A stretch of 64,000 nt of DNA from an uncultured delta proteobacterium (GCA_963705165.1 CAVPJD010000033.1:1-64000); one strand, 5' to 3'; positions 41,128 through 51,882 are shown, counted from the stretch's first letter. Numbers and translations: made by a program. Notes: generated by a model not told the origin, from the letters alone.

Positions 41128-42021
41128 ATGATCATCGAAAAAGCCGGCAAGATTGTCGAGGGTCTCCACGCGCTGGCGGACATCGATCTGCCGGCCTGGC
41201 TCGTCACGGCCGAGACGCCTGCTCTCTTCGATGCCGGCATCACCTTCATGGGGCCCGTATACCTCAAGGAAATCCGCCGCATTCTCGGCGACGAAAACCG
41301 CCTTCGCTGGCTTTTCATCACCCACGCCCATTTCGACCACAGCGGAACGGCCCCTTATCTCAAGCGTCGCATCCCCGGACTCAAGGTGGCCGCAAGCCGG
41401 CTCGCCTCCGAGATCTTCAAGAAGCCCAATGCCGTCAACCTCATCCAGAGCCTCAGCCGCGATTTCGAAGAGCAGTACAAAACGCTGTTCGGCAGCGAAG
41501 ATATCCGGTTCGACAGCCTGGAGGTGGACCGTATCCTCGAGGACGGGGAAACCGTAGACCTCGGCGGCGGCTGGACGTTCAGGGTGATCGCCACGCCGGG
41601 CCACACCCGCGACGGCGTTTCGTTCTACTTCCCGAACATCAAGGCCCTCATCTGCGGCGAGGCCGCCGGCGTGCCAGACCGGAATTTCAAAATTCATCCG
41701 GAGTTTCTCGCCAGCTACAGGGATTACGTGGCTTCCCTGGAAAAACTGGCCGCCCTGGACGTGGAGATCATCATGCTCAGCCATTACTACGTCCTCACCG
41801 GCGCGGAGGCACGCAGCTACCTGAAGAAATCCCTGGAGAGCACCCTTGCGTTTTCCGAAAGGATCCGAAGCTGCCTCGCCGAGGCCGGCGGCAGCCAGGA
41901 GAGCGTCGTGAAGCGGATATTCAAGGAAGACCACCAGGACACGGGCGCCATCCAGCAGGCCGAAAGGCCTTACCTGATCAACCTTGCGGCCAAGGTGAAA
42001 GCCGTGGCCGAGAACAAATAG
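41128..42021 (+). CDS. MBL-fold metallo-hydrolase
   Basis: THAHFDH, TPGHT, SH motifs. Confidence 0.88.
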   Translation: MIIEKAGKIVEGLHALADIDLPAWLVTAETPALFDAGITFMGPVYLKEIRRILGDENRLRWLFITHAHFDHSGTAPYLKRRIPGLKVAASRLASEIFKKPNAVNLIQSLSRDFEEQYKTLFGSEDIRFDSLEVDRILEDGETVDLGGGWTFRVIATPGHTRDGVSFYFPNIKALICGEAAGVPDRNFKIHPEFLASYRDYVASLEKLAALDVEIIMLSHYYVLTGAEARSYLKKSLESTLAFSERIRSCLAEAGGSQESVVKRIFKEDHQDTGAIQQAERPYLINLAAKVKAVAENK

Positions 42022-42064
42022 GCAGAGAGACGACCAAGACCCACACGAAAGGAGTGAGAGGTAC

Positions 42065-42739
42065 ATGAACATCTTGATATTCGGACCCAATGGAAGCGGC
42101 AAGGGAACCCAGGGCGCCACCGTCCAGAAGAAATACGGCGTTCCCCACATCGAAACGGGCGTGATCTTCCGTGAGAACATCTCCAAGGGAACGGAACTCG
42201 GGAAGAAGGCAAAAGTCTTTATCGACAAGGGCGACCTGGTTCCCGACGACATCACGATCCCCATGATCCTGGACCGCCTGCAGGAGGCAGACTGCGCGAA
42301 GGGCTGGCTCCTCGACGGATTCCCCCGCAACCTTGCCCAGGCCGAGGCCATGTGGAAGGCCCTCCAGGAGCGCAACATGAAACTCGACTTCGTCGTCGAG
42401 ATCCTGCTTGCCCGCGAGATCGCCAAGAAACGCATCATGGGCCGGAGGCTCTGCCCCGTTGACAACAACCACCCGAACAACATCTTCATCGACGCCATCA
42501 AACCCGCCGAGAAGGGCGGAAAGATGGTCTGCAGGGTCTGCGGCGCCGACAACCTCAAGGCCCGCGCCGACGACCAGGACGAGGGCGCCATCGACAAGCG
42601 CCACGGCATCTACTACGACACCAAGACGGGTTCGCTTGCGGCCGTGAACTTCTTCAAGCAGCGCGTGAAGGTGATCGAGGTGGACGGCACCCCCGGCGTG
42701 AAAGAGGTCGCCGAGGACCTCATGAAAAAACTGGGTTGA
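42065..42739 (+). CDS. adk: Adenylate kinase (Desulfovibrio type, Cys3His LID)
   Basis: GPNGSGKGT, LDGFPR, C-X5-H-X19-C-X2-C. Confidence 0.95.
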   Translation: MNILIFGPNGSGKGTQGATVQKKYGVPHIETGVIFRENISKGTELGKKAKVFIDKGDLVPDDITIPMILDRLQEADCAKGWLLDGFPRNLAQAEAMWKALQERNMKLDFVVEILLAREIAKKRIMGRRLCPVDNNHPNNIFIDAIKPAEKGGKMVCRVCGADNLKARADDQDEGAIDKRHGIYYDTKTGSLAAVNFFKQRVKVIEVDGTPGVKEVAEDLMKKLG

Positions 42740-42766
42740 TTTTTTAATTATTTCAATGTATAAGAG

Positions 42767-42806
42767 AATCCTCCCGTCGGGATTGTCCCGGCGGGAGGAT
42801 TTTTTT
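42767..42806 (+). terminator. Intrinsic terminator after adk
   Basis: AATCCTCCCGTCGGGA...TCCCGGCGGGAGGATT TTTTT. Confidence 0.85.
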
Positions 42807-42880
42807 ATAATTAATGAGATGGCAGAGAATTCTGGCAGAATTTTTAAGCGTTCTACGTTAACCGCTCTTGGCGAAGCGTC

Positions 42881-42927
42881 CTTCGACAGGCTCAGGATGA
42901 CGGAACTGTCATGGTGAGCCTGTCGAA
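42881..42927. repeat. REP-like palindrome
   Basis: TTCGACAGGCTCAggATGAC-ggaact-GTCATggTGAGCCTGTCGAA. Confidence 0.75.
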
Positions 42928-43013
42928 CCATGCGTGTGCAGCGAAGCGAGATTTAGAGCGGTCGAATAATGCCTGTTCACAAAGGAATTTTGTTCCATCG
43001 AATTGATAGCGAC

Positions 43014-44810
43014 ATGAAAAACATCCGCAACTTCAGCATCATCGCTCACATCGATCACGGCAAATCGACCCTCGCCGACCGCCTGATCCAGCATACGGGG
43101 GTCTCCGACGTGCGCAACTTCCGTGATCAGATCCTGGACAACATGGACATCGAGCGCGAGCGGGGAATCACGATCAAGAGCCAGGCCGTCACCCTGCCCT
43201 ACCGCGCAAAGGACGGCCAGGATTACATCCTCAACCTCATCGACACGCCGGGCCACGTGGATTTCACCTACGAGGTCTCCCGCTCCCTTGCCTCCTGCGA
43301 AGGGGTGCTGCTGCTCATCGACGCCGCCCAGGGGGTGCAGGCCCAGACGATCGCCAACCTGTTCCTCGCCATGGAGAACAACCTGGCGATCATCCCCGTC
43401 ATCAACAAGATCGACTTGCTGACGGCGGACGTGGACAGAGTCCTCGAGCAGATCGACGCCGAGCTGGGGCTCGACCCCTTCAGCCACATCAAGTGCTCTG
43501 CCAAGCAGGGGATCGGAATCGAAGAGGTCCTGGAAGCCATCGTCGAGCGCATTCCTCCCCCGAAAGGCGACCCTGCAAAGCCGCTCTCGGCGCTCATCTT
43601 CGACGCCCAGTACGATTCCTTCCGCGGCACCGTGATCTACTGCAGAGTCTTTGACGGTGCCGTCAAGCCCGGCGACATCATCCGCTTCATGTCCGAGGGT
43701 TCCACGCACAAGGTGGAGGAGGTGGGCCGCTTCGCCCTGACCCGGGACAAGAAGAATACCCTCTCGGCAGGGGATGTGGGTTACATCATCGCCGGCGTCA
43801 AGACCGTTTCCGACGTCCGCATCGGCGATACGATCACCCTCGACGAGCGGCCTGCGGACCAAGCTCTTCCCGGGTTCAAGGAGATCAAGCCCGTCGTTTT
43901 TTCGTCCATTTACCCCATCTCGTCGGAGGACTACGGGGATCTGACCGTCGCGCTGGAAAAGTACAAGCTCAACGACGCCGCCCTGGTGTACCAGAAGGAC
44001 TCCTCCGTGGCCCTCGGGCTGGGATTCCGCTGCGGCTTCCTGGGTCTTCTGCACCTGGAGATCGTCCAGGAACGTCTCGAGAGGGAATTCGACCAGTCCA
44101 TCATCCTCTCCGTGCCCAGCGTCCGCTATCGCTTCACCCTGAAGGACGGCAGCGTCGTTTGGGTGGACAACCCGTCCAACTACCCGGACCCCACGTCAAT
44201 CGAGAAGGCCGAGGAGCCCTTTATCCGGGCCACCATGATCCTGCCCGAGAGATACCTTGGAGCCATCATGAAGCTCTGCACGGAGAAACGCGGCGCCAAC
44301 TCGACGATGAGTTACCTGAGCCCGGGCCGCGTGGAGATCATCTACGAGATGCCGCTTGCCGAGGTTCTTTTCGATTTCTACGACCGGCTCAAGACGGTGA
44401 CCCAGGGATACGGGTCCTTCGATTACGACATCATCGACTACCGGGAGGGGACGCTCGTCCTTCTGGACATCCTGGTCAACGGCGAGAAGGTGGACGCCCT
44501 CTCCCAGATCGTCCACCGCGACAATGCCCGTCATCGGGGCGTCCATGCCTGCGACAAGCTCAAGGAAGAGATTCCCCGTCAGCAGTTCAAGATCGCGATC
44601 CAGGGGGCGATCGGCGGCGAGATCATCTCCCGCTCCACGATCAACCCATTCCGCAAGGACGTGACGGCCAAGTGCTACGGCGGTGACATCACGAGAAAAC
44701 GAAAGCTCCTGGAGAAGCAGAAAAAAGGCAAGAAGCGCATGAAGATGGTGGGCACCGTGAGTATCCCCCAAAGCGCCTTTCTGGCAGTGCTGCAGTCGGA
44801 CAACGACTGA
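43014..44810 (+). CDS. lepA: Elongation factor 4
   Basis: IRNFSIIAHIDHGKST, GFRCGFLGLLH, KCYGGDITRKRKLLEKQK. Confidence 0.98.
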   Translation: MKNIRNFSIIAHIDHGKSTLADRLIQHTGVSDVRNFRDQILDNMDIERERGITIKSQAVTLPYRAKDGQDYILNLIDTPGHVDFTYEVSRSLASCEGVLLLIDAAQGVQAQTIANLFLAMENNLAIIPVINKIDLLTADVDRVLEQIDAELGLDPFSHIKCSAKQGIGIEEVLEAIVERIPPPKGDPAKPLSALIFDAQYDSFRGTVIYCRVFDGAVKPGDIIRFMSEGSTHKVEEVGRFALTRDKKNTLSAGDVGYIIAGVKTVSDVRIGDTITLDERPADQALPGFKEIKPVVFSSIYPISSEDYGDLTVALEKYKLNDAALVYQKDSSVALGLGFRCGFLGLLHLEIVQERLEREFDQSIILSVPSVRYRFTLKDGSVVWVDNPSNYPDPTSIEKAEEPFIRATMILPERYLGAIMKLCTEKRGANSTMSYLSPGRVEIIYEMPLAEVLFDFYDRLKTVTQGYGSFDYDIIDYREGTLVLLDILVNGEKVDALSQIVHRDNARHRGVHACDKLKEEIPRQQFKIAIQGAIGGEIISRSTINPFRKDVTAKCYGGDITRKRKLLEKQKKGKKRMKMVGTVSIPQSAFLAVLQSDND

Positions 44811-44824
44811 GAAGAAGGGAGCAA

Positions 44825-44896
44825 TGGAGTCAGATGGAATAGTGGAACAATGGGTAAAGAGATTCCCCTTCGAGAGCAATCATTCCATTATTCCAA
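44825..44896. repeat. Inverted ~8-bp degenerate arrays after lepA
   Basis: TGGAGT..TGGAATAG TGGAACAA TGGG ... CATTCCATTATTCCA. Confidence 0.65.
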
Positions 44897-44961
44897 CTTA
44901 TAAGACCCCCTTTGGGGCTGTGACAATCAGACAAGCAGATCGACACTGAGAAGAACAGAAA

Positions 44962-46079
44962 GCCGTTGCCGGCCTGTATATCCACGTCCCGTTCTGCCGG
45001 TCGAAGTGCGCCTATTGCGATTTCTATTCGATCGCGGACGACTCGCAGCTGGACGCTATCTCGATGCGCTTTCCCTCGAGATGAGGTTTTACCGGGATTT
45101 CTCCCCCCTCTTTGACACCGTTTACATTGGAGGCGGAACGCCCTCATGCCTGGGCACACGCCAGCTGGCGGAACTCCTCGTTCGGGTCCGCAAGGCCTTC
45201 CCGATCGCCCCGGGTGCGGAGATCACCGTAGAGGTCAACCCGGGGGACGTCGATACGGTTTTCATGAGAGGGCTTCGCGATGCCGGCGTCAACCGGGTCA
45301 GCGTCGGGGTGCAGTCCTTCGACAGCAGCATCTTGAAATCCCTCGGAAGGCGTCACAACGGGCGCGAAAGCCGTGAGGCTCTCGAGGCTGCAAGGTGTGC
45401 CGGGTTTGACAATGTCGGGATCGACCTTATTTACGGCGTGCCCGGCCAGTCGCACGAGGGCTGGCATGAAACGATGGAGACCGCCCTCGGGTTCAACCCC
45501 GAGCACCTGTCATGCTACGAGCTGACCATCGAGGAAGGCACGCCTTTCCACCGCCGGATTGAACGGGGCGAGTTCAGCCTCCCCGGGGAAGAGGAGGCCT
45601 ACCGGTTTTTCTCCATGACCTCGGCTTTTCTCGAACAGCGAGGGTACGACCATTACGAGGTGTCCAACTTCGCCCGGGAGCGCGTCCTTATCTCCAGGCA
45701 CAACCACAAGTACTGGGACCATACTCCCTGCCTGGGCCTCGGGCCGGCAGCCCATTCTTTCAACGGGAACCGGCGCTCGTGGAACCACCGCTGCCTCGAG
45801 CTCTACATGCGGGATGTCAACAGCGGCCGTGCGCCCCTGGCAGGGGAAGAGGACCTCTCGCCGGAGCAGCTTCGACTGGAGGCCCTCTATTTCGGCTTCC
45901 GGACGAAACGGGGGATTCATGGCCCCGATTTCAAGGAGCGATACGGCATCGATTTGTTCCGGGAGAAAGGTCCCGCCCTGCGCTGCCTTCGGGATAAAGG
46001 GTTCGTCACCCTGGAGGATGAATTTCTTGCACCGACCCGAAGGGGACTGGCCCTGGCGGACCGCCTGTGCCTGCTGTAA
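44962..46079 (+). CDS. hemW: Radical SAM heme chaperone HemW (HemN-like), frameshift near 45050, start uncertain
   Basis: GLYIHVPFCRSKCAYCDF in one frame; GGGTPS, GVQSF, YEVSNFA, HNHKYW in the next; follows lepA. Confidence 0.88.
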
Positions 46080-46168
46080 ATATTTCAAGGAATTGCTTGA
46101 TTCCTGTCGAAGAATATGAGATTAAATTACGCTTCTGAATCGGCATGATAACTCTCATGAGGTGAAGT

Positions 46169-46258
46169 ATGGGCAGTGTCGTCAAAAAACGAAGGAAAAA
46201 GATCAGCAAGCACAAGTACCGCAAGCGCCTGAAGGCCAATCGTCACAAGAACCGCTAG
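46169..46258 (+). CDS. Small basic bS22/AURKAIP1-COX24 (DUF1713)-like ribosomal protein, 29 aa
   Basis: MGSVVKKRRKKISKHKYRKRLKANRHKNR*, GAGGTG RBS; below the ORF-track size cutoff. Confidence 0.88.
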   Translation: MGSVVKKRRKKISKHKYRKRLKANRHKNR

Positions 46259-46472
46259 CGCCTTCAGGGGAATCCCCGCAGGCCATCTGTGGGGTTCCCC
46301 GATGCCGCATCCCGCCTGAACGAAAGGCCCGGTGAATCAAGAGGCAGAGGCCCTGGGTAAACCGCCGGCGACGCATCCGGTCGAAGAAATCATGACCCCG
46401 TTGCGACCGGGGGCATGGCACCGGGGCATGTGCGGGTGAGGATGACGAGCCAGGCCGATCGGGATTGGGTCC

Positions 46473-47974
46473 ATGGTTTTCACGCCCCGCAACAAACTGA
46501 TCCTGTCCGTTATCGCTTCCCTCTTTGCCTTCCGGCTGTTCACGATCCACGCGATCCAACTCTCCCCCGACGAAGCGTATTACTGGAACTGGGGCCAGCA
46601 CCCCTCGCTTGCCTACTCCGACCATCCCCCCATGGTGGCCTGGGTGATGGCTTTCTTCACGGCGCTGGGCGGCAACTCGGAGCTTTTCGTCCGCCTCGGC
46701 GGCTTTCTTCTATCGGCGGCGGCCCTTTTCTTTCTCTTTTCCACCGCAAGGACGCTTTTTCCCGCCCACCGGGACCTGCCCTGGGACGTTCTCCTCGCAT
46801 TCAACGTGACGCTGCTCTTTCCCGCAGGCGGCATCATCCAGACGCCGGATACGCCCATGCTCTTCTTCTGGGCCGCCGCCACCTGGTGCGGAAGCCGGAT
46901 CGTGGCGGGCGGGCCCGGGTGGTGGTGGTACGGCTGGGGGGCGTTCCTGGGCCTGGGCCTTCTCAGCAAGTACACCATGATCCTTCTGGTCCCCTGCACC
47001 TTCGGGTTTCTTCTGTGCTGCCCTTCGCTGCGACCCTGGCTTGCCCGGAAAGAACCCTGGCTCGGTCTTCTGATCGCATTCGTTCTCTTCTCGCCCGTCC
47101 TTTACTGGAACGCCCAGCACGACTGGCTTTCTTTTACCTATCAGCTCCGGCAGGGGTTTTCGCCCAAGCAAAAGGCCGCCCCCTGAAACTCCTGGAATAT
47201 CTCGGCGGCCAGGCCGGCGTCATCACTCCGGTTCTCTTTGTCGCGTTTGCCGTGTACAGCGTGAAGGCGCTGCGGCTCAGTCTCGAGAAGGAGAATCCGG
47301 CTTACCTCTACCTCCTCTGCCTGTCATGGCCCGTTCTCGCCTTCTTCGGCTTCTCCACGGCCATGGGAAAGGTCGCCGAGGCGAACTGGCCCGCCCCGGC
47401 CTACATCGCCGGATTCATCCTCGCAGGCGCCGTTTTTCATGACGTGTATGCATCCAGGCCGTCTCACAGGCGCTTTGTCGCCGCCGGAGTCGCCCTCGGC
47501 CTCCTTTTGAGTCTTGTCGTCCAGGTGCACTTGCTGAAGCCCTTTCTTCCCCTCCCCGCGGCTGCGGATCAGACACGGCAGTTCCATGGATGGCGGCAAC
47601 TGGGCGGGCAGATTTCCCGCATCGTCGATCAGCGGCCGTCCGATCGCGGTTATTTCCTGGTATCGGACAAAGGGACCACGGCGGCCGAAGCCGTTTTCTA
47701 CAGCGGGGCAGCTCTGACGGGCGTCGACCTGTTCCAGCCCGAGCGCTACGTGTTCCTGGGGGATCTGTCGACCCTGAGGGGAAAGGATGCCGTCCTTGTG
47801 CTTCATGGCGCAAACGAGGCGGGCCTGAAACGATACGAGGGGTACTTCGACTCGATCGAGCAGGCAGGTTCCCACGACAGCCTGTTCCGGGGCGTAAAGA
47901 TCGACGGTCTCAGCGTTCAACTCTTCATCGGGAAGGGGTTTCGGGGGAGCTGGGCCGCCGCAGGCGGCAAATAG
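46473..47974 (+). CDS. GT39/ArnT-like (PMT_2) membrane glycosyltransferase, frameshift in C5 run near 47180
   Basis: DEAYYW, DHPP, TPD.P, LSKYT, P.LYWN, NWPAP. Confidence 0.85.
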
Positions 47975-47985
47975 CCGCCCTGCGG

Positions 47986-48069
47986 CAGTGACCAGTGTTC
48001 AGTGACCAGTGACTAGTGAAATAAAGGAAATTGACAGCTTCCTTCACAAGCCACAAGCCACTAGCCACT
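47986..48069. repeat. Inverted pair of 7-bp arrays between convergent genes
   Basis: CAGTGAC CAGTGTT CAGTGAC CAGTGAC TAGTGA ... TCACAAG CCACAAG CCACTAG CCACT. Confidence 0.8.
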
Positions 48070-48090
48070 TCTTTCACTGCTTTGAAGCGG

Positions 48091-48570
48091 CTACTTGCGT
48101 GCCCGGAACGTCCAGACGTGGTTGATGAGGTAGTTCAGCAGGGCCGTCATGCCGATCGCGAGGACATTCGCAGGAAGGTAGTGCATGTATTGCGTGAAGA
48201 CATTTGTGAAGATAATCTGCAGGGCGATGGCAAGCCAGCAGGCCGCGCAATACTGCATGAACTGGACGCCGATGGACTTGCGGAAGTGGGCCTTCCGGTC
48301 CCTCCAGGTCCATGCCCGGTTCCAGATGAAATTGTGCAGCGTTGCGACGAAGATCGCTGTGGCCAGAGACAGGTTCAACCGCAGAGGCTCGGAGATGATT
48401 CCCCGGTAAAGGAATTCCTGACCGACATAGACAACGGCCAGATTGACGAGTGTCCCCGCAAACCCGACTGCGCCGAACTTCGCGAAGCGCTGCTTCACCA
48501 GCCATTCCCCGCCGGGCAACCGTGACACGGCGTCCTTGACGGTCTGCTTGAACCGCAACAACCCGCTCAT
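48091..48570 (-). CDS. GtrA-family flippase-like membrane protein
   Basis: KFGAVG..GT.VN, NF.WNR.WTW, NY.IN..WTF; four TM helices. Confidence 0.88.
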   Translation of the reverse strand: MSGLLRFKQTVKDAVSRLPGGEWLVKQRFAKFGAVGFAGTLVNLAVVYVGQEFLYRGIISEPLRLNLSLATAIFVATLHNFIWNRAWTWRDRKAHFRKSIGVQFMQYCAACWLAIALQIIFTNVFTQYMHYLPANVLAIGMTALLNYLINHVWTFRARK

Positions 48571-49771
48571 CGAACCGGTTCCTCCGCCAGCAACTCCAGC
48601 GCACAGGCCAGAACCGTCTCGGGCTGTATGACCTTGAGGCACTGATTGTCGCCATCACAGGGCGAATTGCGGTGATTGTAGGCCGTCAGGCAGGGCGAGC
48701 AGGCAATCCCTCCGAAAAACACCTTCGCCGAGGGGCTGTTCGGCCCGTACAGGTCCGGCGTCTCGGGGCCGAAAAAAAGGATCGACCGGATCGGCGTCAT
48801 GACGGCAAATTGCCCGGGACCGCCGTCGTTGGTGATCAACAGAGACGAGAAGTGGAACAGGACCAGCAGCTCCCGGATCGTCTTCGTGTAACCGGTCAGA
48901 TCGATGCACAGGGGGCTTCGGCAATGCTCCTGGATGGTCCTGGCGAGAGCCTCGTCGGCGGGCAGCCCGACAATCGCCACGGCAACCCCCCTGTCAATAA
49001 GGTCCTTCGCCGTCCGGCAGAAATACTCCAGGGGCCAGGCCCGGATCGGCAGGATGCCCCCGCTGGGGTAGATCAGCACGAGTCTTTTTCCCGCCACCGC
49101 GGGGAAATCCCCGAGGAGCCTCTTCTGCATCGCCTCCTGCTCCCCTTCCCTCAGGCGCAGCCTCGGGGCCACCTTGGGGACATCCGCAAAGGAAGCCTGC
49201 TTGTTTTTCGGCACGGAGGGCGACTCGATGGCGTCCACGAGGGCCAGGAACTGGTCGCTGATGTGGCGATAGGGATTGTACAGGACGGGCCGGTTGATGA
49301 AATCGCCGCGGTAGAGGCCTTCCATCGTATGCCGGTGGAACCCGACCCGCAGGGGCGCCCCGCTGAAAAAGGAGAAGATGCTGCTCACGCGGGCGAAAAG
49401 CTCGCAGTCGATGACGACGTCGAAGCGCAGTTCCCGCATTTTCCGGATTGCGGCAAGGCTGTCGCTGACGAGCCCCCCGAGTGAGCCTTCGCCGAGTGTC
49501 ATCACGTTTTCAGGGGGGATGACATCCAGGAGATCGAGGATCTCCCGGTTCTTCTCGAATACCATGGCGTGGATCGAGGCCTGGGGGTACTTTTCCCGGA
49601 TTCTCCTGAACATGGAGCAGCCCAGCACGAGGCTTCCCATCTCGGACAGAAGGATGATCAGGATCCGTTGGGGCGTCCCGCGGGCTCACGGTTTCCCGAA
49701 AAGAGGGACAACGCCCGGCAGATGAGCGGCCCGAGGCCCTGATCGATCTTTCTTTGTACGCCAACATCCAT
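48567..49771 (-). CDS. GT9 (heptosyltransferase-like) glycosyltransferase, frameshift near 49670
   Basis: ID..LG N-terminus, ILIILLSEMG, R.WP, TNDGGP, FGPE, CSPC...C. Confidence 0.85.
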
Positions 49772-49815
49772 CTCTGATCGGTTGTCCTTATTCGCGACAG
49801 GAGAATATCGATACG

Positions 49816-50493
49816 TTACGCCAACCCCTCCCGATCCAGGCGGAAGAGATAGTACAGAAACAGCCCCGTGAAATAGACCATAAAGCCCGACCAGATCACA
49901 TCGGTCAGGAAATGTCCGCCCTGGATCATCCGTCCCAGGCCCATCGTGAGGCCGTAGAGGATACCTGCTGCCAGGGCCCTTCGCGCCCATCCGGGTGCCT
50001 TGCGCCTGAGCACGAAGAAGGGTGCCATGAGGAAAAACCCTACGGCGGCGTGTCCCGAGGGAAACGAGCGCCCCTGCTCCGGCGAGCCGGGATGCCAGAA
50101 GGAACGATAGGTTTCCGTTCCCCCGAACTGCACGATGTCCGCGGGTCTCGGCCTGCCCCAGTGATCCTTGAACACCGTATTGACGATCAGACCGGGGCCG
50201 AGGGCCAGAAGGGCCACCACGAACAGCGCCGCCCTCCTGTCGGGGCGAAACCGCCCGGAGAAAAAGCTCAACGCGAAAGCGATCAGCCCCAGCACACCGA
50301 GAGCGAAGGCGGGAATATTGCCGTACCGGTAGAGGAACGCCCAGGGATCCAGTGTCCCCAGGACCCAGCCGGCGCCCGGGCTGTAAAACAGGGCCTGTAC
50401 GGCCAGATCGGCACCAGCCAAATCGATGGCCGCCGTGGCCGCCACGGCGGCCAGCAACGGGACCAGAAAGTCGACCAGGATGCCTTTTCTCAT
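49816..50493 (-). CDS. PAP2-family membrane phosphatase
   Basis: K..WGRPRP, SFPSGH, RMIQGGHF..D. Confidence 0.9.
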   Translation of the reverse strand: MRKGILVDFLVPLLAAVAATAAIDLAGADLAVQALFYSPGAGWVLGTLDPWAFLYRYGNIPAFALGVLGLIAFALSFFSGRFRPDRRAALFVVALLALGPGLIVNTVFKDHWGRPRPADIVQFGGTETYRSFWHPGSPEQGRSFPSGHAAVGFFLMAPFFVLRRKAPGWARRALAAGILYGLTMGLGRMIQGGHFLTDVIWSGFMVYFTGLFLYYLFRLDREGLA

Positions 50494-50544
50494 AACCGCT
50501 CAACAAAAAAAACGGCCTCGCAGGAGGCGCTTGGGAGATGGGCA

Positions 50545-50573
50545 AATAAAGCACACCTGCAGCGCCGAGTCAA
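50545..50573 (-). promoter_or_regulatory. Putative promoter of PAP2-GT9-GtrA operon
   Basis: TTGACT-17bp-TTTATT with TG extension. Confidence 0.45.
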
Positions 50574-50754
50574 CTATTTTACCGTGGGATTCCGGTATTT
50601 TAGAGTTTCAGTGCCGCGCTCCTTCCTTCTTGACAAGCGATCCGATTTCCCTCAAATTGGTCTAACTTGGTCTTGTATATCGATGATGCCTGTTTGTCAG
50701 ACATGAAACAGGCAGCGGAAGAGATTGCACAGGACACAACAAAGGAGTCCTCCA

Positions 50755-51843
50755 ATGACAAGCTCTCCTCCCTCACGGGACCTGACCCGGACGACGCTGT
50801 CGGTGTTGTTCATCGGCATGTTCATCGCAGCAAATTACTGGATTCTGAAATCGTTCCTGCCTTCCTTCATCTGGGCAGTCATGATCGTCGTGGCATCCTG
50901 GCCACTCATGCTGCGCATGCAGGCGTGGCTGGGGGGCAAGCGCGGTTTTGCCGTGGCGTTCATGACACTGGCGCTTCTGCTTTTGTTTATTGTGCCGTTT
51001 ACTTTTTCCATCGCAACTATCGTGGATAACACCGACATGATCAAGGGCTGGGCGGAATCGCTTAAGGCACAGGGTCTTCCGCCGCCTCCCGGGTGGGTCT
51101 CGGGCATCCCGCTGGCCGGACCCAGGCTTTCGGAGTCTTGGCGGGAGCTTGCCGCCGCAGGCAAGGAAGGTCTTTCGGCCCAACTCGCCCCTTATGCGGG
51201 AAAGCTTGTCACCTGGTTCGTCGACCAGGCGGGCAGTGTCGGGATGATGATCGTCCAGTTCCTGCTCACCGTCATCATCGCCGCGATCCTCTACTCGGGC
51301 GGGGAACCCGCGGCGGACGCAGTGCGCCGTTTTTCCCGACGGCTTGCCGGACAGCAGGGCGATGACGTTACCGTACTGGCCGCCCGCGCGATCCGGGGGG
51401 TGGCGCTTGGCGTCGTCGGCACCGCCTTGATCCAGTCTGTCCTCGGCGGCATCGGCCTTGCCGTGAGCGGCGTGCCAGCTGCGGCTGTTCTCACGGCGAT
51501 CATGTTCATACTCTGCATCGCACAGCTCGGGCCCGTGCTCGTCCTCGTCCCGGCGGTGATCTGGCTGTACTGGAGCGGTCAGACCCTGTGGGGAACGGTT
51601 CTGCTGGCCTTTACGATCGTCGCCGCCACATTGGACAATTTCCTGCGCCCCTACCTGATCAAGAAGGGCGCCGACCTCCCTCTGCTGCTGATTTTTGCCG
51701 GCGTGATCGGCGGGCTCATTGCCTTCGGGATCATCGGACTTTTCATCGGGCCGGTGGTCCTTGCGGTAACGTACACCCTGCTCGGGGCCTGGCTGGACGG
51801 CGGCGAATCCAATCCTCCCGGGGAAACAGCCCAAAAGTCATAA
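50755..51843 (+). CDS. ydiK: AI-2E family transporter (YdiK-like)
   Basis: AIRGVALGVV.TALIQ, LDN.LRP.LI.KGADLP..LI..GVIGGL. Confidence 0.88.
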   Translation: MTSSPPSRDLTRTTLSVLFIGMFIAANYWILKSFLPSFIWAVMIVVASWPLMLRMQAWLGGKRGFAVAFMTLALLLLFIVPFTFSIATIVDNTDMIKGWAESLKAQGLPPPPGWVSGIPLAGPRLSESWRELAAAGKEGLSAQLAPYAGKLVTWFVDQAGSVGMMIVQFLLTVIIAAILYSGGEPAADAVRRFSRRLAGQQGDDVTVLAARAIRGVALGVVGTALIQSVLGGIGLAVSGVPAAAVLTAIMFILCIAQLGPVLVLVPAVIWLYWSGQTLWGTVLLAFTIVAATLDNFLRPYLIKKGADLPLLLIFAGVIGGLIAFGIIGLFIGPVVLAVTYTLLGAWLDGGESNPPGETAQKS

Positions 51844-51882
51844 GGGCAAAGCCAGGACAAGGGCGAACGGCTCTTCGGCATG

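Noticed and set aside
44920..44970. In-frame TGA (44947) between a GTG and the hemW domain as selenocysteine
   Set aside because: It lies in a non-conserved N-terminal segment, not at a Cys position, and has no evident SECIS; a local indel is more likely
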